The position numbers and the translations under genes were made by a program. A stretch of DNA of 32,000 bases from Trichodesmium erythraeum IMS101 (lineage in GTDB: Bacteria > Cyanobacteriota > Cyanobacteriia > Cyanobacteriales > Microcoleaceae). The stretch is from contig NC_008312.1 in assembly GCF_000014265.1 (NCBI RefSeq), positions 2,640,001-2,672,000 on the forward strand. Reading direction: 5' to 3'. The notes below the pieces were generated by a model. That model had not been told where the DNA came from. It did no database searches and saw nothing but the letters and a program-made list of their open reading frames with translations. This document shows positions 17,404-28,119 of the stretch, in pieces. How positions within the stretch are numbered: position 1 is the first letter of the stretch; each line of letters opens with the position of its first letter.

Positions 17404-17994
17404 TTAACTATCATCAACTCCATCATCTATCTGAGATAAAATTGTCTTTATCTCAATATTTGATTGCTCAACCTCTACTTCTAGAGAATCATAAGTTGAC
17501 TGAATTACAAAAGGCAAATTTGCTCCCATTAATCCTCTTTTAACTCTTTCTGGAGTTTCGGAAAATAAAACAAATAAAGGATAAATTTCCTCTGCCTCTT
17601 GAGAATAAATATGTTTATGAACTTGAGGCATTACCCACTCATATTCCCTATCTAATAAAACCTGAGTTTCTCGCCAACGAGTAAGTATATCAGAAAAATC
17701 TTCCTGAGGTCGATAAATAAAAATGAAAATTTCTACCCCAGTCTTAACCTTCCATTCCGGGTCACACATAAAAATCCCTAAATCACAGGGTAAAGGAACA
17801 GTTTTCCCAGATTCATAACCTTCTTCCCGTAACCGAATAATTGGTAAAGGAATAGTAACTAAACTATCTTCTGGCCGACGAAAACTAGGCACCATTTCCA
17901 AATACAATCTATATTGTTTAAGTAGTGCAATTAAAGCTTTCGAATTACTATACTCAGCCAGCAATGCTTCATAATCTGACTTTTTTACAACCAT
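17404..17994 (-). CDS. hypothetical protein (196 aa) with an acidic C-terminal tail, downstream of pilC
   Basis: A clean 196-codon ORF on the same strand as pilBTC, 186 nt after the pilC stop. No motif recognised. Confidence 0.55.
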   Translation of the reverse strand: MVVKKSDYEALLAEYSNSKALIALLKQYRLYLEMVPSFRRPEDSLVTIPLPIIRLREEGYESGKTVPLPCDLGIFMCDPEWKVKTGVEIFIFIYRPQEDFSDILTRWRETQVLLDREYEWVMPQVHKHIYSQEAEEIYPLFVLFSETPERVKRGLMGANLPFVIQSTYDSLEVEVEQSNIEIKTILSQIDDGVDDS

Positions 17995-18180
17995 TATAAA
18001 TAATCATATTGAACTTAAAATCAAGGAAAAAGAATATGTTAAAATATTAATTTCCCAAGAGCAAAATGTTGCTACTGCAGTTTCCATTAACCAAAACCAT
18101 TACAATTCACCACCATCAGATACTTAAAATAGAGCAAAATCTTTTTATATTCTGAGTTCTGAGTTCCTACTCCCTATTCC

Positions 18181-19314
18181 CTAGAGACTTTCAAACACCG
18201 CAAACATAGGTAAATACATAGATAGCAAAATTGAACCTACCATTCCACCAATACCCACGATCATTATTGGTTCTAACATACTTGAAAGAGACTTAACAGC
18301 CTCTTCCACCTCAATTTCATAAAAAGCTCCCACCTTCATCAGCATCTGATCCAATTCACCAGTTTCCTCACCAATAGCCATCATTTGAATTGCCAAAGAA
18401 GGGAACACTTGTTTCTCCTGCAAAGCCAAACTAATCATACCCCCACCTTGAATTTCCTGCCTTGCATACTCAATAGACTGAGCGATCGCCTCATTTCCTG
18501 CCACATTTCGGACAATTTCCAGAGACTTTAACATCGGCACTCCAGAACGAGTCAAAGTACCAAAAATCATACAAAAACGAGCTACTGCCGACTTTTCCAG
18601 AATGTCTCCAAAAATAGGAAGCTTGAGAAAAACCTTGTCAAAAAACAGTCTACCTTGGTCTGTTTTATAAATTATCGAATAGATAATATAAATAGCAATA
18701 ATTACACTTATAGTAGTGACTTGGGGAATTGGAGGCCAAGTCCTACAAAACTCACTTATACTTAACATAAACTTAGTAAAAGCTGGCAACTCTGTACCAA
18801 TTTGTTCAAAAATACCAGCAAAAGTTGGTAACAGAAAAGTTGTCATACCAAAAAACACTGCCAAAGCAATAAACATAACAGTTTTAGGATAAGACATCGC
18901 TGAATTAATTTCACTTATTGTCTTCGCATTTTTCTCCAACATAACTGCCAAACGATCTAGAACTTCATCAAGCACACCACCTACCTCTCCAGCAGCTACC
19001 ATACTTATAAATAATTCGTCAAAACAGGCAGGATGTTCTTTCATTGCTTCTGACAATTCATTACCCTTTTCTACTTCTCCACTTATTTGCTTAAGAGCAT
19101 ACTTAATCTTAGCATTAGAAGTTTGGTCTTTTAAAACTCTTAAACACCGAATCATCGGTACTCCAGCATTAAACATTGCAGCAAACTGACGGGCAAAAAT
19201 AGATAAATCTTTGACCGTCACCGATGCTATAGCAATATTTATTTTTTCTTCTATTATCTCTAACTGTTTTTCTAACTTACTTTGAGGTTTTTTCTTTTTT
19301 ATATTAACAGCCAT
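18181..19314 (-). CDS. pilC: type IV pilus platform protein PilC (GspF family)
   Basis: 377 aa with two GspF-type repeats (FARQFAAMFNAGVPMIRCL and FCMIFGTLTRSGVPMLKSL), EETGELDQML, and hydrophobic TM segments. Confidence 0.92.
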   Translation of the reverse strand: MAVNIKKKKPQSKLEKQLEIIEEKINIAIASVTVKDLSIFARQFAAMFNAGVPMIRCLRVLKDQTSNAKIKYALKQISGEVEKGNELSEAMKEHPACFDELFISMVAAGEVGGVLDEVLDRLAVMLEKNAKTISEINSAMSYPKTVMFIALAVFFGMTTFLLPTFAGIFEQIGTELPAFTKFMLSISEFCRTWPPIPQVTTISVIIAIYIIYSIIYKTDQGRLFFDKVFLKLPIFGDILEKSAVARFCMIFGTLTRSGVPMLKSLEIVRNVAGNEAIAQSIEYARQEIQGGGMISLALQEKQVFPSLAIQMMAIGEETGELDQMLMKVGAFYEIEVEEAVKSLSSMLEPIMIVGIGGMVGSILLSMYLPMFAVFESL

Positions 19315-19749
19315 TTTATTCCTTCTTTGTGTTATTTATTTAACTTCAAACAGATGAGGTAGAGAGTAGGGAAGATAGGTGGAAGGATAAAAAAACAAGC
19401 AACAATTACCCTGTCAGTTGTGCCACACTAATCACTGAATTTGCTATAATTTTTATGATCAAAAACAGATAGTAAGCAGTAGACAAAACAAACAATAAAC
19501 CTCCCACAATAGAGAAATTAAATTTGCCAATTTTTACTGTAAAATTAACAAGTTTATTCTTATGAGAACAAAAACAAAGTAGATAGGAAATCAGACCAAT
19601 ATATCTCTTGTGCAACAAAACTATAGCACTAGGAAGATAGGGCGCAGACATTTGTGAATTCTCAAACCCAGCCTTCGCAACTTCTGGCTTGCCCTTAGTC
19701 TTATAAAATCTTCCTTCCCCCCTTTTCCTTCATTCTTCTTTCTGCAATA

Positions 19750-20862
19750 TTAATGAGCTCTAGCTTTAGCCTTAGTTTTAGCCTTAGTTTCCCTGGGCTC
19801 AGGGCCAATCAAAGCCTCTAATTCATCAGGCTTAACTGCCTTAGCCATAGCATTTGCCCAAGTCACATTCCCTTTTTCATAAAGTTTAGCCAAAGACATT
19901 TCCATAGTTTGCATTCCTAACTTAGCGCCCATTTGAATTTGAGAATAAAGCTGAGAATTTTTCGACTCCCGAATTAAGTTAGCGATCGCCGGAGTATTCA
20001 ACATAATCTCATGAGCCGCACAACGACCCCCACCTGTTTTCTTAACTAAGTTTTGACTACAAATACAAACAATAGAGTTAGCCAACTGCGACCTCATTTG
20101 TGGTTGTTGTTCCGGCGGGAAAACATCCAACATCCGGTCTACCGTACCCGCAGCTGAGTTAGTGTGGAGAGTCCCAAAAACCAAGTGACCTGTTTCTGCC
20201 GCACTACAAGCCAAACCAATAGTTTCCAAATCCCGCATTTCCCCAACCAGAATAATATCAGGGTCTTGACGTAACGCTCCCTTCAGAGCATTAGCAAAAC
20301 TTTTCGTATCTTCACCTTTTTGTCGTTGATGAAACAAACTTTTTTGATTGGGAAACACATATTCTATGGGGTCTTCCACAGTCAAAATATGTTCAGTACG
20401 AGTACGGTTAATCAAATCTATTAAAGCTGCCATCGTAGTTGTCTTCCCAGAACCTGTTTGCCCCGTCACCAAAAACAATCCCCTGGGTCGCTCCGTCATT
20501 TCCCGTAAAATCATGGGAATCCCTAATTTATCTGCATTAGGAATTTTAGAAGCCAAAGCACGCATACAAGCAGCCCAACTACCCCGCTCCCGATACACAT
20601 TTAGACGGAAACGAGCCAAACCCTTAACACCATAAGCGCTATCAAGCTCCCAGTTTTGTTCTAAATGTTTCCGTTGCATATTATTGAGCATTTGGAAAAT
20701 CAGAGCTTGTACTACCATTGGTTCCATATTTTCCCCAAACTGAGTTTGAGCAGTCAACTGACCGTTAATACGGAAAAAAATTGGTGCTCTTGCTTGAATA
20801 TGAACATCAGAACCACCTTGTTCAACTAAAGATTCTAAAACATCCTCAATCATCAAAGACAT
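19750..20862 (-). CDS. pilT: twitching-motility retraction ATPase PilT
   Basis: 370 aa with GGSDVHI, Walker A GQTGSGKTT, ILVGEMRD, GHLVFGTLHT and AHEIMLNTPAIANLIRE. Confidence 0.93.
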   Translation of the reverse strand: MSLMIEDVLESLVEQGGSDVHIQARAPIFFRINGQLTAQTQFGENMEPMVVQALIFQMLNNMQRKHLEQNWELDSAYGVKGLARFRLNVYRERGSWAACMRALASKIPNADKLGIPMILREMTERPRGLFLVTGQTGSGKTTTMAALIDLINRTRTEHILTVEDPIEYVFPNQKSLFHQRQKGEDTKSFANALKGALRQDPDIILVGEMRDLETIGLACSAAETGHLVFGTLHTNSAAGTVDRMLDVFPPEQQPQMRSQLANSIVCICSQNLVKKTGGGRCAAHEIMLNTPAIANLIRESKNSQLYSQIQMGAKLGMQTMEMSLAKLYEKGNVTWANAMAKAVKPDELEALIGPEPRETKAKTKAKARAH

Positions 20863-21208
20863 ATAATTTAATCTCCCTTTTATTAGTTATTAGTTACTAA
20901 TTATTTTGACTTATCAGTTATACCAAATTATTCTGACTATTTACTTGTGGAAATAGTTAAACTATTAGTACTTAGACAAAGAAACCCAACTTCTTGGATA
21001 AATCATTCTTTTTAACAATACATATCTACTTTAAAAACCTGGTTTCAGAATTCCCCCGTGTAAGTCCTGGCTATTTTTCGCAGACCTTTGTCAAGCTAGT
21101 CTTATTAGTCCTGGGAAAATAATTTTTAACTGTTCGTCTTAAGTATTTATTGATAACAAACCTTTTCCACCCCCTTTTGCCCAACCTCCAACCCTTTACT
21201 TTCTACTC

Positions 21209-23380
21209 CTAATCAAAGCGAGGAGTCATACAGTAAGGACATTCTAACCATTCTGCTTGTAACTCAGCGTTACAACACTTACATATTAGATTTTGTTTAG
21301 CCAAGCGTTTCATTTCCGCCTCCAGACCAGAATCAGTAAATGTTACCCGTTCCACCTCCTCAAAAGTTGTATAACCTTCTCGTACCAAATTCAGACTATA
21401 TTGTAACAGAGGCTTCATCCCCTCTTCTACTGCAGCTTCCTTAATTTGTTCCGTCGGTACCCTTTGAGTAATTAAAGTTTGTAATCGCTCAGTAATTTTC
21501 ATAAACTCATAAACACCTACACGACCTTTATAACCAATACCATTACATTTGGGACATAACTCTCCCCTTTGTTTTAAATCTTCTCGTTGGTCAATTGGTA
21601 TAGTATTTGCTTTATAGTATGTAAAATCTTTTTCTTGAGAAGGAACCAAACCATAACGACGAAACTCATCAGGTTCAGGGTGATATTCTATTCGACATTT
21701 ACTGCAAACCCGACGCATCAGGCGTTGTGCTACTACACCCAACAAAGACGCTGAAACCATAAAAGATTCCACTCCCATTTCATCAAGACGAGCGATCGCT
21801 CCGGCAGCATCATTAGTATGTAGAGTTGTCAAAACCAAGTGCCCTGTTAACGCAGCTTCAATTGCCGTTTTTGCCGTTTCCTTATCTCGTGTTTCCCCTA
21901 CTAGTAAAACATCCGGGTCCTGTCGCAGAAATGCCCGTAGAATATTCGCAAAAGTTAAATCCTTTTCCCTAATTACCTGACATTGAGTAATTCCCGGCAA
22001 AGCATATTCTATTGGGTCTTCTGCCGTACTAATATTAATACTTGGGTCATTTCGTTCTGCCAAAATCGAATATAGAGAAGTAGACTTACCAGAACCAGTT
22101 GGCCCAGTCACCAGAATTAATCCAAATGGACGACTAGCAGTTTCCCTCACCATTGCCAAAGTGGCTTTATCTGTGATTAACTTATCTAACCCCAGTTGGG
22201 TACTAGAGCTATCCAAAATCCGCAAGACTATTTTTTCACCATAGCGACTAGGCAAACTATTGACCCGGAAGTCAATTGTACGCCCCTTAAAAACTTTGCG
22301 GATACGACCATCTTGTGCTTGCCTTCGTTCTGCAATATCTAAACTTGCAATAATTTTAAATCGTGAAGTAATAGCCGGAATCACCTTTTTCGGAAATCGG
22401 AAATATTCCTGTAATACCCCATCTTTGCGCATCCTGATTCTGATAAACTCTTCTTGTGGCTCGACATGAATATCGGATACACCCTCAGTCAGTGCTTTTA
22501 CTAAAATAATATTTACTGCTTTAATAACAGGAGCATCCTCAGCAGCAGAGATACTTTCAGCAATATCTTCTACTTCTTTTTCATCATCAGCTTCCTCTAA
22601 CTGATTATCACTTTCAAAGAAATTAGACTCTAACTCTAGCTCTTTTTGTTCTGCCTCTTTTGCCTTAACAATATTCTTCTTGCTTTGTTCCTCTAAGTAA
22701 TAGTTAATCAGACTTTCATAATCTTGTTTAGTAATAACCAAGCGTTGTAAAGTTAATCCACGATACCTCAAGATATTTTTTAACTCATCCAAAGCTTGAA
22801 GATTATGAGGATTAACCATTCCCATCATTACAAATGGTTGCTGATTTTCATAATCTTTCATTAAACTTGATGGTAATGAATCTCCTGCAAACTTTTCTAA
22901 TTCATCAACTAAACTACTTTCAGAATCACTGCTTTGCCTCAGTGCCTTTAAACTTTTTTCTTGACTTATCTTTCCTATTTGGACGAACTGATTTGCTAAA
23001 TCAGTTTCGCGACTAAAGAGTGGTATAATCTGATTCCGACGACAAGTTTCAATAGGAATTATCTTGTCGATTAAATAACATAACTGCTCTAGTGGTATTG
23101 GAGTAATTTCTGGGTCAAAAGTAGCTACACCATGTAGAATCATCAATTCAAATAGCTGCTGCTTTTTATAATGCCTAATTAAATCTGGCGGTAAGGGATG
23201 TCCTATTGCATCTTCGACCAAATCTGTCAGTGATTTGCCTGTCTTACGGCTTTCAATTTGGCAATGTTGGAATTGTTCAATGTTAACTAAGCCTGCCTGA
23301 ACCAGTTTATTCCCAAAAGGGGACAGATTACCGAGGGCAACTATAGCGGTGCGTGGATTGCGTGAAGAGCTTTGGGCCAT
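21209..23380 (-). CDS. pilB: type IV pilus assembly ATPase PilB (GspE family) with an extra C-terminal zinc-ribbon-like tail
   Basis: 723 aa with Walker A GPTGSGKST, LLVGETRD and GHLVLTTLHTNDA, plus the tetracysteine motif CSKC...CPKCNG. The terminal sequence is CKCCNAELQAEWLECPYC. Confidence 0.93.
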   Translation of the reverse strand: MAQSSSRNPRTAIVALGNLSPFGNKLVQAGLVNIEQFQHCQIESRKTGKSLTDLVEDAIGHPLPPDLIRHYKKQQLFELMILHGVATFDPEITPIPLEQLCYLIDKIIPIETCRRNQIIPLFSRETDLANQFVQIGKISQEKSLKALRQSSDSESSLVDELEKFAGDSLPSSLMKDYENQQPFVMMGMVNPHNLQALDELKNILRYRGLTLQRLVITKQDYESLINYYLEEQSKKNIVKAKEAEQKELELESNFFESDNQLEEADDEKEVEDIAESISAAEDAPVIKAVNIILVKALTEGVSDIHVEPQEEFIRIRMRKDGVLQEYFRFPKKVIPAITSRFKIIASLDIAERRQAQDGRIRKVFKGRTIDFRVNSLPSRYGEKIVLRILDSSSTQLGLDKLITDKATLAMVRETASRPFGLILVTGPTGSGKSTSLYSILAERNDPSINISTAEDPIEYALPGITQCQVIREKDLTFANILRAFLRQDPDVLLVGETRDKETAKTAIEAALTGHLVLTTLHTNDAAGAIARLDEMGVESFMVSASLLGVVAQRLMRRVCSKCRIEYHPEPDEFRRYGLVPSQEKDFTYYKANTIPIDQREDLKQRGELCPKCNGIGYKGRVGVYEFMKITERLQTLITQRVPTEQIKEAAVEEGMKPLLQYSLNLVREGYTTFEEVERVTFTDSGLEAEMKRLAKQNLICKCCNAELQAEWLECPYCMTPRFD

Positions 23381-24453
23381 GATGAATAAATTTTTTTCCT
23401 TAATCTAAATATTCCCTAAGTTTTTGATAAAATTTATACTTGCTTAATAAGCTGTTAACCGAATTTACTGATTCAATATTTGCTGCTTGTTTTCTAGTTT
23501 GATTATTGTATGCACCCTAGTATTTCACTCTAGTTTTTTCCCTACAAAGGGATAGTTTATATTGTAAATCCTTATATCAACTTAAGGCCAACAGTTACTA
23601 TATTGTAATAATCTTAGCAATTACAGAGATATCTTTCCTGTGTTTGGATAGTAGTGGACTGATACACCATTCTTATGTTTATTAGAAAAAAATGGTCAAC
23701 CCTTGCCATCACAATAATTATGTAAAAAAAGCTAATGTACTATTTTAGCTAGCTGTGTCGATCCAGTAGGCAAAGTTAGCTATCACTAATCAAAATCTAG
23801 ACTAGAAAAATCTTTTGCTTTATGGTATAATAGTTTGATATAATTTAATTATTAAGCTGTCACTTTAGACTGCAGTATTGGTAAACAATATAAAGTTATA
23901 GAGTTAATGATAATTATATCTTATAAGATTATGATATATAAATTCTTTTTATTTATTCTTGAATTTTGATACTCTAGTTAAAGTTTATGTACAAACCAAG
24001 AGAGTTTTTCAAAGCACTACTAAACATAGTATGACCATATTTTTTGAACAAAATAGTAAAATGATTACTTATTAATTCAATCAATTAAAAAATTCTAGTT
24101 AGTCAAATTTTCACTATAGAAATAGAGAAAATAAATTTGGCAATTTGAACCCATTGAACCTAAATTGAAGACATGGATTTACAGATATTTGGCTAAAGAA
24201 GTAATTTATATAATATTGACTGACTTACTTGATGTATGGCAGAAAATAACTGTATTACCACTTAAATTACAATAAAAAGCTATCAAAATAATCCTTACTC
24301 ATGTAAACTAAAATTTATTCAATATTGTTAAAGCTTAGTGTTTGTCTATTTGTTGTTGATTATGATACGATTAATCATAGTAAAAACAACTATAAAATAA
24401 ACAATACACCACAATATAAATACTAATAGCCCTAAGTATCAGGAGAGAATTAA

Positions 24454-25182
24454 ATGGCAGGAGAGAACTCCTCTACAGAAACAAAAAATCAAGAAATAAA
24501 TGAGAAGACTCCAGAGGTTCAAACTTTTGAAACTAATGTAGAATTCGAGTCATCTCAAAAGGTTGAAAGTGATACAGAACTTTCTGCAGATAATGCCTCT
24601 ATAGATACAGATATTCAGAGCACTGAATCAACCTCAAAAGAAAAAGATCAGGTCTTATTGAAAGAGGCTTATGAATTATTACAAACTCAGTTAGAAACTA
24701 CCAAGTATCAACTAGAAGAAAAAGAGAGTCAATACAAAAGGCTAGGCGCAGACTTTGACAACTTCCGTAAACGGACACAAAAAGAAAAGGAAGACTTGGA
24801 TACACAAGTCAAGTGTTCTACAATCATGGAACTATTACCAGTAATTGACAACTTTGAGCGTGCTCGCTCCCATATTAAACCTGCAAATGATGGAGAAATG
24901 GCTATCCATAAAAGCTATCAGAGCGTCTATAAGCAAATGGTAGACTCTTTGAAACGCTTAGGAGTTTCTGTTATGCGCCCTGAAGGTCAAGAATTTGATC
25001 CTAATCTACATGAGGCAGTAATGCGAGAGGCAACCGCAGAACATCCAGAAGGAACCGTAATAGAAGAATTGGTACGAGGTTATATTCTAGGTGAGCGTGT
25101 ACTCCGACACGCTATGGTTAAAGTAGCAACAGCACCAGATACAGATGCTGAGACCGAAAATCAAACAGATCCAGAAAGTTGA
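24454..25182 (+). CDS. grpE: nucleotide exchange factor GrpE
   Basis: 242 aa with SD GGAGAG upstream, a long acidic/Ser-rich N-terminus, and the GrpE core [13 protein letters not shown]...DNFERA...[12 protein letters not shown]. Confidence 0.93.
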   Translation: MAGENSSTETKNQEINEKTPEVQTFETNVEFESSQKVESDTELSADNASIDTDIQSTESTSKEKDQVLLKEAYELLQTQLETTKYQLEEKESQYKRLGADFDNFRKRTQKEKEDLDTQVKCSTIMELLPVIDNFERARSHIKPANDGEMAIHKSYQSVYKQMVDSLKRLGVSVMRPEGQEFDPNLHEAVMREATAEHPEGTVIEELVRGYILGERVLRHAMVKVATAPDTDAETENQTDPES

Positions 25183-26046
25183 TACTGGTTAGTGATTTTT
25201 TATTGAATTATTCTGCTTTAAGTTGTATTCATATCTATCCAAAATCAGCTACAAGAGAAACACATATGCTAATAGAAAATTTTCAATTTTCGGAAATTAA
25301 CTAATATTTTTTCTGAGTGCAACTTAAAATAACAAAACATAGTTTTTGAGGCTAATTAAGATTAGCAATAACTTGAAAAAATTCTATTATGAGTTGCTAA
25401 ATTAGCTGATTTTTTTTGCATATTTGAAAAAAAATATAGGAGATTAATATGTAAAAAAAAATAAATATAATTACATCAGATCCCTAGAATTTTTATTACA
25501 AATATTAATGATTAAACTTTTTTCGGGCAGGCATCTTTACCAATTTACAAAAAAAATTAATTGGTTAAAAGCCTTATCCATAAGTTAAGCAATAATTTTT
25601 TGAGTTGTTTTTTATAAATACATATGCTATGTAAAAAAATTAATTTAGTCGCGGGCAGCTAGCCCGAGATTCAAAACGGACGCACACCGCAAGGGTAACC
25701 ACCTCAACCAACCCCAATCCTCTCCTGTGAGGATACTAAAATAGGGAAAGCCGTCTATAAAATATTCAGCATGGGTTTTGCCGAACCTCAAACAACCTTT
25801 GATATTCGGCTCGGTAGGAATCCCAGGGCTTAAACCCAGGGAGGATGTTAACTGTTTTACCTGTCTTTATGGTCTTGCCAGATATATATCTATGTTTACC
25901 CTTGATGAAGTCCACACTTATCAACTACCAAACCAGAAAAAAGCTATCTCTTTTTATTTTTCTAGTCTGAGCATAAACGAAACTAGAGGCTTTAAAGCTT
26001 CATTCCAATAAAAAAAAATTTTGACTATTAAGAACGCCGAAGCACT

Positions 26047-28119
26047 ATGGGAAAAGTCATTGGCATTGATTTAGGAACAACTAATAGTTGTGTGGCCGTC
26101 TTAGAAGGGGGAAAAGCTGTTGTCATTTCCAACTCAGAAGGTGGACGTACGACACCCAGTATTGTAGGATTTAGCAAAGGAAATGAACGTTTAATTGGCC
26201 AACCTGCAAAGCGACAATTAGTAACCAATTCAGTAAATACAGTCTATAGCATTAAAAGATTTATCGGGAGAAGGTGGGATGATACCGAAGAAGAACGCTC
26301 TCGAGTTCCTTATATAAGTATTCAGGGTAAAGATGATACTGTAAATGTCCAGGCGAGGGGAAAAAACTATACTCCTCAAGAAATTTCAGCTATGATTCTG
26401 CAAAAAATGAAGCAGGATGCTGAAAAATATCTAGGCGATTCTGTTACTCAAGCTGTAATTACAGTACCAGCCTATTTTACAGATGCACAGAGACAAGCAA
26501 CTAAAGATGCAGGAACTATTGCTGGTCTAGAAGTGCTAAGAATTATCAATGAACCAACTGCAGCTTCATTATCCTACGGTATGGATAAGCAGGAGAAAGA
26601 TCATAGTATCTTAGTCTTTGACCTTGGTGGAGGGACTTTTGATGTTTCTATCTTACAATTGGGAGATGGAATCTTTGAAGTTAAGGCTACTTCGGGTAAC
26701 AATCATTTAGGAGGAGATGATTTTGATAATTGTATAGTTAATTGGTTAGTAGATCAATTCAGAAGTCAGGAAGGGAAAGATTTATCTCCAGATAAAATGG
26801 CAATACAAAGAGTGCGAGAAGCAGCAGAAAAGGCCAAAATAGAACTATCCTCTACCGAGAGTACAAATATTAATTTACCATTTATTATCGCTGACGAAAA
26901 AGGGCCAAAACATTTAGAAGCTCAGCTAACTCGCCCTCAATTTGAAAAATTGGTTCAGCCTTTGATTGAAAGAACGATTGAACCGGTAAAGCAGGCTCTC
27001 AAGGATGCTGGGATGAAGCCAGAAGATATAGACAAAATTATTCTTGTGGGAGGGTCTACTAGAATACCAGCAGTTCAAGCAGCAATAGGTAAGTTTTTTC
27101 ATGGTAAAGTTCATGATAGTTCGGTGAATCCTGATGAAGCTGTAGCTTTAGGGGCAGCTATTCAAGGTGGTATTTTAGGAGGTGAAGTTAAAGATCTTTT
27201 GTTATTAGATGTTATTCCTCTGTCCTTGGGTTTAGAAACTTTAGGAGGAATATATACTAAGGTAATTGAGAAAAATACTACAATTCCTACCAGTCGCTCC
27301 CAAATGTATTCTACTGCTGTGGATGGGCAAATATGTGTAGAAATTCATGTCCTCCAGGGTGAGCGACCAATGGTTAAAGATAATAAAAGTCTGGGTAAAT
27401 TTTTACTCAAAGGAATTCCTCCTGCTCCAAGAGGTGTACCACAAATAGAAGTTAATTTTTATATGGATGCTAATGGAATTCTGAAAGTTAACGCTCTAGA
27501 ACAAGGAACAGGTAGAAAACAAAGTATTGAAATTAGTAACACAGGTGGTCTGAGTGAATCTGAAATTCAACGAATGCAAAAAGAAGCAGAAACTTATGCA
27601 CAACAGGATAATCAACAAAAACAATTAGCAGAATTGAAAAATCAGGCACATACTCTGTTATATAACTATGAAGCAACTATTAAAGAACATGGTAGTTTTA
27701 TTGATCAACAGCTGGTTACAGAAATTGGTAATAGTTATGAGGAGTTAAAACAAGTATTGATTAATTATGAAACTGAAGTTAATTATGACCAACTAAGTCA
27801 GCAGATTGAAGTATTTAGGGAACAGCTATTTGCTTTAGGTGAAACTTTATATCAACAAGGGGGAAGTGAAAAGCTAAAATTACCAGAAGAAGATAAAAAT
27901 TCTCAGGTGCTTCAAAATTCAGAAATTACAAAGCCAGAAAGTCCAAAGGAAATATCTGTTGTAAAAGCAGAAATTACAGAGTCAAAAACTTCTTCTAAAG
28001 AAGTAGAAAGTGAGATTTTTGTTGATACTAACTCAAATATAAATGATGTAAATTCAAGCAGGGATCAAGAAACAATAAAAGCTACTGAGAATGAACTTAG
28101 CCAAAATCCGTTTCTATAG
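26047..28119 (+). CDS. dnaK: Hsp70 chaperone DnaK (long-tailed, grpE-linked, DnaK1-like paralog)
   Basis: 690 aa with [16 protein letters not shown] and [12 protein letters not shown]. It has a ~90-aa low-complexity C-terminal extension and no EEVD-like end. Confidence 0.95.
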   Translation: MGKVIGIDLGTTNSCVAVLEGGKAVVISNSEGGRTTPSIVGFSKGNERLIGQPAKRQLVTNSVNTVYSIKRFIGRRWDDTEEERSRVPYISIQGKDDTVNVQARGKNYTPQEISAMILQKMKQDAEKYLGDSVTQAVITVPAYFTDAQRQATKDAGTIAGLEVLRIINEPTAASLSYGMDKQEKDHSILVFDLGGGTFDVSILQLGDGIFEVKATSGNNHLGGDDFDNCIVNWLVDQFRSQEGKDLSPDKMAIQRVREAAEKAKIELSSTESTNINLPFIIADEKGPKHLEAQLTRPQFEKLVQPLIERTIEPVKQALKDAGMKPEDIDKIILVGGSTRIPAVQAAIGKFFHGKVHDSSVNPDEAVALGAAIQGGILGGEVKDLLLLDVIPLSLGLETLGGIYTKVIEKNTTIPTSRSQMYSTAVDGQICVEIHVLQGERPMVKDNKSLGKFLLKGIPPAPRGVPQIEVNFYMDANGILKVNALEQGTGRKQSIEISNTGGLSESEIQRMQKEAETYAQQDNQQKQLAELKNQAHTLLYNYEATIKEHGSFIDQQLVTEIGNSYEELKQVLINYETEVNYDQLSQQIEVFREQLFALGETLYQQGGSEKLKLPEEDKNSQVLQNSEITKPESPKEISVVKAEITESKTSSKEVESEIFVDTNSNINDVNSSRDQETIKATENELSQNPFL

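Noticed and set aside
17207-17407. 65-codon plus-strand frame (MTPLYTTKDELSVALEHPVLDLVNNEE*RLLFRLITSLYAALVIPVPLVRDIQDLKISPNHTLSVS*) as a gene
   Set aside because: It is interrupted by an in-frame TAA at ~17288-17290 and matches no recognisable family. It is possibly a relic and is not called.
19406-19651. 81-aa hydrophobic ORF between pilT and pilC as a small membrane protein
   Set aside because: It has no SD, and its Phe/Ile/Leu/Lys richness is expected from AT-rich DNA. It is kept only as a note in the operon-spacing finding.
25778-26011. 77-aa ORF in the grpE-dnaK spacer
   Set aside because: It has a TTG start and no SD, and its composition is unlike a protein. The region is better treated as a candidate RNA or relic.
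23381-26046. CIRCE/HrcA operator upstream of grpE or dnaK
   Set aside because: I scanned for TTAGCACTC-N9-GAGTGCTAA and close variants and found none.
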